A stretch of DNA of 64,000 bases from positions 32,004 to 96,003 of the forward strand of contig JAFZXK010000012.1 in NCBI GenBank assembly GCA_017616785.1. The letters are read 5' to 3'. This document shows, in pieces, positions 49,218 through 56,714 of this stretch. A model generated the notes under the pieces. That model searched no databases and had not been told where the DNA came from. It was given only the letters and a program-made list of their open reading frames with translations. The translations under genes and the position numbers were made by a program. Source of the stretch: Alphaproteobacteria bacterium. Lineage in GTDB: Bacteria > Pseudomonadota > Alphaproteobacteria > Rs-D84. How positions within the stretch are numbered: position 1 is the first letter of the stretch; every line of letters starts with the position of its first letter.

Positions 49218-51707
49218 ATGAGAAAAAATATTTTGATTGTTGCTGTTTTTGGGGCGTGCATGATGAACGGTGTCATGGCTGCGTATACAATCGGTGAATT
49301 TACCGCACCGCGTGGCGCGAACGGAGCAAATGGAACGAATGGTACAAATGGCACAAATGGTGCTGATGCTTGCCCGCCGTTGATTTCGTCAGATACAAAA
49401 GATGCGAACGGTTGTTTTGTTGTTAAACAGAGGGCTCAGGTTCGTAATAATGGAAGCTGTCAGGCCACGGGAAGTTGGACGACCATTGATACGGTGTGTG
49501 ATTGTCGGCCGACGGAGACAAGGACCCGCTGTTACGGGACGGGGGATAATAAGTGCGATGATACCACGCGTACGGGGGTAAAGATTGTTACAACACAATG
49601 TGATGGCACAGGTTCGACAACTTCTTATATTTATGATAATGATTGCGGTATCACGATTGCAAGTGTGGCCGATGTCCACCGAGATAATGATTCTAATGAG
49701 CCGGTTACACATAAAAGGGTTACATTCAAAGATTGCAACAATAATACATTGTCGACGACGGCGGATATTCCGGTTGGTACTGATGGTGCCGCGTGTGAAG
49801 CCGAAGTGGTAACTACGGCCTGTGGACCAGTAGGCACGGCATCGGTACGTTGTGCCGATACAGCAAAACGCGGTATCAAGGTTGAACGCAAGAATTGTTC
49901 TGGTCAAATTGTTGATGCTGATACGCAGTATATATATAATGGCGATAATGGAACATCATTTAACTTTATGGGAACCGTCGCAAGTTGTGGGGCTTTACAG
50001 GTCAAGCCAGGGGTACGAAACGATGCATGGCTGGTTGGAACCAAGGGCGATGGTGACGGAGAAGGCAAACTTTGTATTTATGGTGAGAACGGATGGCCGA
50101 CCAATTGCCCAGATGACTGTGCGGAGTTTACTGGGCCTGCGGGTGCAAACAATTGTACAGCACTTGAAGATTCGAGTACGGCAGTGAAAAACAGTACATT
50201 GGCATATAGCGCGCCAACTAAAACCAATCAATCAGATGCATATTATACGGGGCGTGGAGGAATGCTGCGGACAAATGTTATGTGCAACCCAAATTTGAAT
50301 AATACAATAGAAAAATTGGAAGATACTTGTTTCCAAATAGTAAAGCCAACGAATAGTGCATGTACTGGGGTATATATGGAATGCACTCCTAAGGGAACCT
50401 ATGAAGGAAACACAAATTATTCAAAATATAATCTTTGTGTAACGACGACCGGAACAACGATTGAATCAGCATTAAGTAACAAAGAAGATAATCCGTGTGC
50501 AGGGAATAATTCAAGTTCAACAACAATAGAAAGAACCCAAACAACCGCGTATAGTGTACCGACTGGTAATACTACAACAGTAAGCAGTTATACGTATTAT
50601 ACTAATGCGCCTGGGAAAGTTGTTACAACCAGTGTAAAGTGTGATACTTCGGGGAATACAGTAATAGGAACTACACAAGATAAGTGTGTCGAGATTACAA
50701 AGCCGACGGGTGTCTGTACAAGTAACGATAAAAAGTTTTATCAATGTAAACCACAGGGGAAAATTGGAAGTGATACTAACCTGACGCCTTATTATCTTTG
50801 TGCGTCAGAATTGGAGCCATCATTGTTAGATAAAATTAATACGGCGCAGAATACGGCTGCTGAGGCGGCGAGTGCGGCGGAGACGGCAAATCCGTGTGTG
50901 GGAAGTAATTCAAATTCGGCGACAATAATAAAAAGTACGACAAGCACATCGTATAATCGCGGTACAAAGAGTGATGGTCTTTACCCAAGTATAGGCGGCA
51001 AGACCGTTACCAAAACCGCATGTGACGGGACCACAACTTATGTGACGACAGAGCAAGATTCTTGTGTTGAAATTGCAAAGCCAAGCGGTGTGTGTACACC
51101 AGCATCATCGGCTTATCTGCGTTGTTATAATGCACAAGTGAATTCTGATAACACATATTATGTTTGTCAGGATTTAGGTGATGGGAATAAGGCACTAAAT
51201 AATAAGATTGATGGCAAGGCGGATGCAACCGCGGTAACAGCCAGTGCATTAGCAAACACTTTGGGAAGCACATATTTGAAACCGACTGATAGTATAAGTG
51301 CTAGTAATTTAACGGGAACAATTGATGCCGGGAGATTGCCGAACACTGTTGTAACAACGGGTGATGATGCGACACATGGTTTTAATACGTTAATTGGTAA
51401 CGCCGTTCAGACCGAAGTAGCAACTCAAATTGAGAGTGCGAAACTTGTGAGCGAAAGTGACTTGGCTGATTATGTAAAAACTGATGGCACCAATTTGCCG
51501 AATAGTGTTGTCACGACAACTTCTTTGGGTACCCAAACATTTAATTTTGGTAAAGATAGCAACGATAATGATATTAGTTTAAGTATCAGCGAAATTGTAT
51601 CATTGCTTCATGCAGCAGCCGGGACATGTACACGGAACGCCGAGAGTGGAACAACAACTTGTCAGGGCGGAAGTTTGGGGACAATAACAACTTCGACTAG
51701 ACAATAG
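49218..51707 (+). CDS. secreted Cys-rich repeat protein (829 aa) with a collagen-like (G-x-N)6 tract and a tail-fibre-like C-terminal region
   Basis: RBS 'aaagagggttaaagATG'. Signal peptide. RGANGANGTNGTNGTNGADA encoded by near-perfect 9-nt tandem repeats. N-terminal domain and Cys repeat units shared with the 1574-aa protein. C-terminal ...SASNLTGTIDAGRLPNTVV... segment. Followed by a terminator. Confidence 0.85.
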   Translation: MRKNILIVAVFGACMMNGVMAAYTIGEFTAPRGANGANGTNGTNGTNGADACPPLISSDTKDANGCFVVKQRAQVRNNGSCQATGSWTTIDTVCDCRPTETRTRCYGTGDNKCDDTTRTGVKIVTTQCDGTGSTTSYIYDNDCGITIASVADVHRDNDSNEPVTHKRVTFKDCNNNTLSTTADIPVGTDGAACEAEVVTTACGPVGTASVRCADTAKRGIKVERKNCSGQIVDADTQYIYNGDNGTSFNFMGTVASCGALQVKPGVRNDAWLVGTKGDGDGEGKLCIYGENGWPTNCPDDCAEFTGPAGANNCTALEDSSTAVKNSTLAYSAPTKTNQSDAYYTGRGGMLRTNVMCNPNLNNTIEKLEDTCFQIVKPTNSACTGVYMECTPKGTYEGNTNYSKYNLCVTTTGTTIESALSNKEDNPCAGNNSSSTTIERTQTTAYSVPTGNTTTVSSYTYYTNAPGKVVTTSVKCDTSGNTVIGTTQDKCVEITKPTGVCTSNDKKFYQCKPQGKIGSDTNLTPYYLCASELEPSLLDKINTAQNTAAEAASAAETANPCVGSNSNSATIIKSTTSTSYNRGTKSDGLYPSIGGKTVTKTACDGTTTYVTTEQDSCVEIAKPSGVCTPASSAYLRCYNAQVNSDNTYYVCQDLGDGNKALNNKIDGKADATAVTASALANTLGSTYLKPTDSISASNLTGTIDAGRLPNTVVTTGDDATHGFNTLIGNAVQTEVATQIESAKLVSESDLADYVKTDGTNLPNSVVTTTSLGTQTFNFGKDSNDNDISLSISEIVSLLHAAAGTCTRNAESGTTTCQGGSLGTITTSTRQ

Positions 51708-51713
51708 GTTTAA

Positions 51714-51740
51714 AAAACACCGCCCAAATGGCGGTGGTTG
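51714..51740 (+). terminator. intrinsic terminator ending the secreted-protein operon (CACCGCCCAAATGGCGGTGG)
   Basis: Hairpin closely related to the dnaK terminator (CCGCCCAAATGGGCGGG). Also serves the convergent HTH gene. Confidence 0.6.
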
Positions 51741-51756
51741 TCGTTTGAAAAATATT

Positions 51757-52170
51757 TTATTCGCCTTCGGTTAATGTTTTTAGCAAGTTCATTACGGATT
51801 CGCGTTGTTTGTCACTGGACAATTTCCAATACATGCGAATCAATTCCAAACTTTCCGTGCGAACCAATGGATCGTCCGCGTTTGGTGAATGAACGTGAAT
51901 TGAACGACTGCTTTTTGTTTCGTCCGGCATATTCCCCGGCAACCCAATAAAGAAAAATGAAACCGGCGTTTGCATGGCACGCCCTATTTCAAATAAACGT
52001 GATGCGGATATGCGGTTGTCCGCACTTTCGTATTTCTGAATTTGTTGAAAAGTAACGCCACAGACGTGCGCCAAATCCTTTAATGATAATCCCATCATAG
52101 TCCGGCGCAATTGCATGCGTTTGCCGATATGTTGATCAACCGTTGATGGTATATATGCTTTCCCAGACAT
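51757..52170 (-). CDS. XRE-family helix-turn-helix transcriptional regulator
   Basis: 137 aa. HTH_XRE signature QHIGKRMQLRRTMMGLSLKDLAHVCGVTFQQIQKYESADNRISASRLFEIGRAM. Confidence 0.75.
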   Translation of the reverse strand: MSGKAYIPSTVDQHIGKRMQLRRTMMGLSLKDLAHVCGVTFQQIQKYESADNRISASRLFEIGRAMQTPVSFFFIGLPGNMPDETKSSRSIHVHSPNADDPLVRTESLELIRMYWKLSSDKQRESVMNLLKTLTEGE

Positions 52171-52228
52171 TTTTAGACCCTTTATATATGATATGTATCC
52201 TATCTTTTATACAATGTTTTTTTTTGTT

Positions 52229-52257
52229 TTGCAATCAAAAAAGGCCTGTGATATTAT
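52229..52257 (+). promoter_or_regulatory. sigma70 promoter with extended -10 (TTGCAA-N17-tgaTATTAT) for gpmI
   Basis: Consensus-like hexamers 26 nt upstream of the RBS 'aggagaaaag'. Confidence 0.5.
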
Positions 52258-52282
52258 GTTTTGAACCATAGGAGAAAAGTTT

Positions 52283-53755
52283 ATGAAAAAGACGGTTGTT
52301 TTGTGTATCTTGGACGGTGTCGGTTACAGCGAAGCGCGCGCGCATAATGCGGTGGTGCGTGCCAAGATGCCTTTTTTTAACGGATTGTTGCGGAAATATC
52401 CAAATTCGCTTTTGCGGGCGTCGGGAACGGCGGTTGGGTTGCCGGGAAATTTAATGGGTAATTCCGAAGTTGGACATATCTGTATTGGCGCCGGGCGCGT
52501 GGTTATGCAATATTTGTTGCGGTTTGCACGTGAAGATTGGAATTCGAATAAACCATTGAACAAATTTATCGCCGATGTTCGGCGTGACGGCGGAATTGTG
52601 CACTTTGCAGGTCTGATGTCCGACGGGCGGGTGCATTCGGATGTGCGTGACGAAATGAAAATCGTAAAGTATATTTTGGATGCGGGCCTAAAAGTATGTA
52701 TTCATTTTATGGGCGATGGACGCGATACACCCCCGCGATCGGCACTTAAGTATGTGCGTGTAATAAAGCGGATGCTGGCACCGTATTTCGCCGATGGACG
52801 CGTGTGGTTTGGGACCTTGTCCGGCCGGTACTATACGATGGACCGAAACAATAATATGGATCGAACGGAACTCGCGTTTAATGCGATTGCAAATGCACAT
52901 GGCGGTGCACATGCCGATACAATTGAAGACGCAATAAAAGATTCCTATGCGGCCGGCGTTACAGATGAATTTTTCAAACCGACGATTATAAAGCCAACAC
53001 CAATTTCGGCGCGCGATGGGTTTGTTTTTGGCAATTATCGCAGTGACCGTGCGCGGCAAATCGTTCGTGTAATGTTGCGGACCGGTGCACACATATTGTG
53101 TTTTTCGCAATATGGTGAGGGGTTAAATGAAAAATGCCCTGCACTGCTTTCTGATATTCCGGTTGAAAATACACTTGGTGATGTTGTTGCGGCGGCGGGA
53201 CTGACGCAGTTGCGCATCGCGGAAACCGAAAAGTACAACCATGTGACTTATTTTATGGATGCGGAACGAACAATTGATTTCAATGGCGAAGAAAAAGTGC
53301 TGATTGATTCGCCGGCGGTCGCGACGTTTGATATGAAGCCCGAAATGTCGGCACCGGAAATAACGGCGGCACTTTTACCACGCATTGGAAAGTTTGATGT
53401 TGTTATGATGAACTTTGCCAATGGCGATATGGTCGGGCATACCGGGAACGAGGTCGCAACCGTTAAAGCCATGGAATGTTTAGATAAACAATTGGCGCAG
53501 ATTGTGCCGGCGGTACTGGCGGTCGGTGGGCAAATGCTGATTATCGCGGACCATGGTAATGCGGAAAAAATGTGGGACGATAAAAATAATGTCCCATGGA
53601 CGGCACATACCAATAATAAAGTTCGTGCGATTTTGGTGTCTGAACCACCATATAGAAAAATCAAAAACGGTGGCCTGGCTGATGTTGCACCAACGATTTT
53701 GAAGTTATTAGGCGTGTCGCAGCCGGCGGATATGACGGGGAAGAGTTTAGTGTAA
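52283..53755 (+). CDS. gpmI: 2,3-bisphosphoglycerate-independent phosphoglycerate mutase
   Basis: 490 aa. N-terminal VLCILDGVGYS and NFANGDMVGHTG motifs, which bind the metal and phosphoserine in iPGM. Confidence 0.9.
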   Translation: MKKTVVLCILDGVGYSEARAHNAVVRAKMPFFNGLLRKYPNSLLRASGTAVGLPGNLMGNSEVGHICIGAGRVVMQYLLRFAREDWNSNKPLNKFIADVRRDGGIVHFAGLMSDGRVHSDVRDEMKIVKYILDAGLKVCIHFMGDGRDTPPRSALKYVRVIKRMLAPYFADGRVWFGTLSGRYYTMDRNNNMDRTELAFNAIANAHGGAHADTIEDAIKDSYAAGVTDEFFKPTIIKPTPISARDGFVFGNYRSDRARQIVRVMLRTGAHILCFSQYGEGLNEKCPALLSDIPVENTLGDVVAAAGLTQLRIAETEKYNHVTYFMDAERTIDFNGEEKVLIDSPAVATFDMKPEMSAPEITAALLPRIGKFDVVMMNFANGDMVGHTGNEVATVKAMECLDKQLAQIVPAVLAVGGQMLIIADHGNAEKMWDDKNNVPWTAHTNNKVRAILVSEPPYRKIKNGGLADVAPTILKLLGVSQPADMTGKSLV

Positions 53756-53800
53756 GTCCGTCACGACCGCGGCGCGGCGTGCCGCGACAGGTGGTTAGTG
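53752..53800 (+). repeat. 49-bp dispersed GC-rich repeat element, copy 2 (immediately after the gpmI stop)
   Basis: See copy 1. In both copies the element lies directly downstream of a stop codon in the sense orientation of that gene. Confidence 0.8.
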
Positions 53801-53828
53801 ATAGTGAAAAATCCCGCAAACGTAGGAT

Positions 53829-54278
53829 TTAATCTTTTTTTCGGCGGTTTGCAAAAAATTCTCGCAATAATTCGGCGGATTCGGCGGCGTATTCCGGAAT
53901 TTGGACTATATTTGGGTGCCAAAGGTGTTTGTCGTTGTCGAACACACGTGCGTTTGCGGTAATGCCCCCACCCTTTTCATCCGTCGCTGCGAAATAGATA
54001 TTACGAATACGGGCAAAAGATATTGCGGTTGCGCACATGGCGCATGGTTCCAACGACACATATATGTCGCAATCGTCAAGGAACTTTTGTCCCAATTTCC
54101 TGCATGCGCGGTTTATCGCGACAATTTCCGCATGTAATGTCGGGTTTTGTTTCCGTTGGACCAGGTTTTCGCCGCGCGCAATAATCTTGCCGTCGCGTAC
54201 AATTACCGCGCCGATGGGAACGTCGCCGTTTGCACCCGCGTGACGCGCCAAATTTAAAACTTGCTTCATTATGTTCAT
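53829..54278 (-). CDS. tadA: tRNA-specific adenosine(34) deaminase TadA (ORF extends to 54314; start at 54278 or 54269 likely)
   Basis: CDA zinc motifs HAE...PCAMC. The conserved N-terminus begins near MNIMKQVLNLARHAG...VPIGAVIV. Confidence 0.88.
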   Translation of the reverse strand: MNIMKQVLNLARHAGANGDVPIGAVIVRDGKIIARGENLVQRKQNPTLHAEIVAINRACRKLGQKFLDDCDIYVSLEPCAMCATAISFARIRNIYFAATDEKGGGITANARVFDNDKHLWHPNIVQIPEYAAESAELLREFFANRRKKD

Positions 54279-54296
54279 AATTGTAAAGTTTACAGC

Positions 54297-54851
54297 ATGG
54301 ATTCTAAATTGCAAATTATTTCTGGGACATTACGCGGGCGGAAACTCGCCCTGCCTGGTGGTGCGCGACCAACACAAAATATGGCGCGCGGCGCAATTTT
54401 TAATATATTGGCCGGTGTTTTTAATGCGGACGATAAAATTTCCGTTTGGGATGCGTTTGCGGGTTCGGGGGCGTTGGGAATTGAAACGCTTTCGCGTTAT
54501 CCAAATGCAACGGCGATTTTTACCGATGTTTCGGATGAATCTATTAAAGTGATAAGAAAAAATACCGAAAAAATCGCGGCAAATCGTGTCCGTATTGTCA
54601 CGGCGGATGCGGTTCGGGAAATAAAAAAGTATGGTGCGGGCGTAAATTTGATTTTTGTTGACCCGCCATATGAAAAAGCAAGGGCCGGAATTGAGTTTGT
54701 TGAAAAATTGGCCGACGTTGCCCCGTCCGGAACGGTGGTTGTTCAGGAAATTGAAAAGATTGTCCCATATTCACCCGATATTACAAAATGGGAAATTTTG
54801 CGCGATAAAACATATGGCCGCGCGCGGTTTTTGATTTTACGGCGAGTTTAG
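54297..54851 (+). CDS. rsmD: 16S rRNA (guanine966-N2)-methyltransferase RsmD (ORF from TTG 54261; ATG 54297 preferred)
   Basis: Motifs IISGTLRGRKL, DAFAGSGALGIE and FVDPPYE, typical of RsmD. Divergent from tadA. Confidence 0.85.
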   Translation: MDSKLQIISGTLRGRKLALPGGARPTQNMARGAIFNILAGVFNADDKISVWDAFAGSGALGIETLSRYPNATAIFTDVSDESIKVIRKNTEKIAANRVRIVTADAVREIKKYGAGVNLIFVDPPYEKARAGIEFVEKLADVAPSGTVVVQEIEKIVPYSPDITKWEILRDKTYGRARFLILRRV

Positions 54852-54923
54852 AACAAAGGTATTGACGTTTATACAGATTTGTGTAAACTGACCTTATGAA
54901 TACAGTATCAAAGGAGTTTTGTT

Positions 54924-55805
54924 ATGGATAATGCAAATAATAATGTTCCACCATCGGAAATGATTGTTGATGTGCGCCCCGTGCTGGATCATATTGGCGC
55001 ATGGCGTGGTGCCTGGGTGGTCAGTACCTGTGTTGGACGAAATGGTAGAATAAACAAAAGATGGATTGAACCATTAAGAGATGGTCAAATTAAATGCGGG
55101 TCGTTGGGTGTGTTCAATGGGGATATATTCGAACAACAACAAGATTATTATGATGCAAAATACGATATTGTGACTGTGCAATCAATTAACTACAAAGCCA
55201 TAGGGTTTAATTCAGGAATTGATTTTGTAACTTACAATGTGTATTCTCCGAAAAATGGTTTTGATGGTATTCCTTCACAACGACTGGATGTTGATGTTCT
55301 TGGTGGGTATAGTTGTGACATTGCCTGTGTTGGAAATAATTTGTTATTGGACAAAGATAATAGAATATTGGCTAATTTAACGACAGAAGAAAATATTTAT
55401 GATTTGTGGAACGGACGTAATTTAAAAAAATATAATTTGCGCCTTGATCGTGGTGGTACCAAAAGAAAATATTATACTATTACATACCCACATGAAAGTA
55501 TTGGCATGCCGGCTGTGATGTTGGGACATGGTATAGGAAACGTTAATACAGATTTCGTATTTATTCCAGAATATAACAAGGGTTCAAAATGTGATATTCG
55601 TATTGAAGGTCTTTGGCAACCTATGCCCAGACCAAGCGATATTGTGTTATTAGAAGCGACCGAACAAGAAAACATATTCGTTCTGAAAAGGAACCTGACG
55701 TTGTGTTGTCAAAATCAAGAAATGGATAAAAAATTCGGCTTAGCGGAATATCAAAATAAAATGCGTCGCGTATGGGAAAAAGCTTTGCGAAACGAACACC
55801 AATAA
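54924..55805 (+). CDS. hypothetical protein (293 aa), no recognisable domain or signal peptide
   Basis: RBS 'aaaggag' 7 nt upstream. Clean ORF between rsmD and rplY. Asn/Asp/Gly-rich. Confidence 0.55.
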   Translation: MDNANNNVPPSEMIVDVRPVLDHIGAWRGAWVVSTCVGRNGRINKRWIEPLRDGQIKCGSLGVFNGDIFEQQQDYYDAKYDIVTVQSINYKAIGFNSGIDFVTYNVYSPKNGFDGIPSQRLDVDVLGGYSCDIACVGNNLLLDKDNRILANLTTEENIYDLWNGRNLKKYNLRLDRGGTKRKYYTITYPHESIGMPAVMLGHGIGNVNTDFVFIPEYNKGSKCDIRIEGLWQPMPRPSDIVLLEATEQENIFVLKRNLTLCCQNQEMDKKFGLAEYQNKMRRVWEKALRNEHQ

Positions 55806-55906
55806 AATAACTTGATTTTTCGATAATTTTGTTTCATAATGCGGTCCGCGTGAGCACCCTTGGAGGTTTGCGCAGAAAACAGAAATTGCAAAAAAAGGAT
55901 AAAAAA

Positions 55907-56533
55907 ATGGCAATTGAATTAAAAGCAGAGATTCGCAATGTTGCTGGCAAGGGGGCCGCGCGTGCAATTCGTAATAACAAAAATATCCCCGCCGTTATCT
56001 ATGGTGAAAAGAAAGACCCGGTCGCAATTGAAATTTCCGGTCGTGATTTTGCACCTATTGTCGTGATTCCGGCGTTACGAACAAAACTTTTTCATATTAC
56101 AATCGGTAAAGGCACCGAAGACGCCATGTTGATGGATATTCAATATCATCCGGTTACTGATAAAATCGTTCATGTTGATTTCAAACGCATCGATGTTAAA
56201 AAGCCGGTTTGCGTATCCGTTCCGGTAGAGGTTATAAATGCCGATATTTCCAAAGGTCTTAAACTTGGTGGCGTTTTGAACTTTGCGGTGCGTAAAGTTG
56301 CGCTTGTCGCATTGGTTGATAAGTTGCCGGAGAAAATCGTCCTTGATTTGGCGGATTTGACAATTGGCGACACCGTTCACGGGTCCGATTTGGTTTTGCC
56401 GGATGGCGTGTCATTGGGCCTGCACCAGGCGGAATTGGCATTTGCGACCATCGGTGGTAAGATGCCAGAAGAAGCCGATGCTAAGAAACCAGCGGCGGCA
56501 ACCGCGGCGCCTGCGGCACCAGCAAAGAAATAA
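55907..56533 (+). CDS. rplY: 50S ribosomal protein L25 (general stress protein Ctc form, 208 aa)
   Basis: ORF begins at 55829, but the RBS 'aaaaaggataaaaaaATG' gives a start at 55907. MAIELKAEIRNVAGKGAARAIRNNKNIPAVIYG matches the L25/Ctc N-terminus. Long C-terminal extension with an Ala/Pro-rich tail. Confidence 0.88.
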   Translation: MAIELKAEIRNVAGKGAARAIRNNKNIPAVIYGEKKDPVAIEISGRDFAPIVVIPALRTKLFHITIGKGTEDAMLMDIQYHPVTDKIVHVDFKRIDVKKPVCVSVPVEVINADISKGLKLGGVLNFAVRKVALVALVDKLPEKIVLDLADLTIGDTVHGSDLVLPDGVSLGLHQAELAFATIGGKMPEEADAKKPAAATAAPAAPAKK

Positions 56534-56565
56534 TATAGTGTTAGTGGTTAGTGTAAGTGTTAGTG

Positions 56566-56597
56566 AAACGGCGCGTAATGCGCCGTTTTCATTTTTT
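56566..56597 (+). terminator. intrinsic terminator after rplY (AAACGGCGCG-TAAT-GCGCCGTTT plus T tract), flanked by inverted GTTAGTG/CACTAAC runs
   Basis: 9-bp stem. Left flank has GTTAGTG repeats (56537-56565). Right flank has their reverse complement (56598-56636). Confidence 0.65.
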
Positions 56598-56652
56598 CGC
56601 TAACCACTTCCCACTAACACCAACATATTCCACTAATTTTTATTCCTATGGT

Positions 56653-56680
56653 CTTGAAATGGTAAATCGGCTAACTATAT
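56653..56680 (+). promoter_or_regulatory. putative RpoH (sigma32)-type heat-shock promoter upstream of dnaK (CTTG-N18-CTATAT)
   Basis: Matches the alphaproteobacterial sigma32 consensus CTTG-N17-18-CYTATNT. Located ~35 nt upstream of the dnaK RBS 'aataggagtgaaaaATG'. Confidence 0.5.
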
Positions 56681-56714
56681 TTGTGGCATACAAGAAAAAA
56701 AATAGGAGTGAAAA

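Noticed and set aside
36598-51707. Prophage remnant (tail-fibre cluster)
   Set aside because: Collagen-like triplets and a tail-fibre-like C-terminus are present. But there is no integrase, terminase, capsid, tape-measure or baseplate gene, no att-like repeats, and GC and codon usage match the flanking core genes. Retained only as a hypothesis of distant ancestry.
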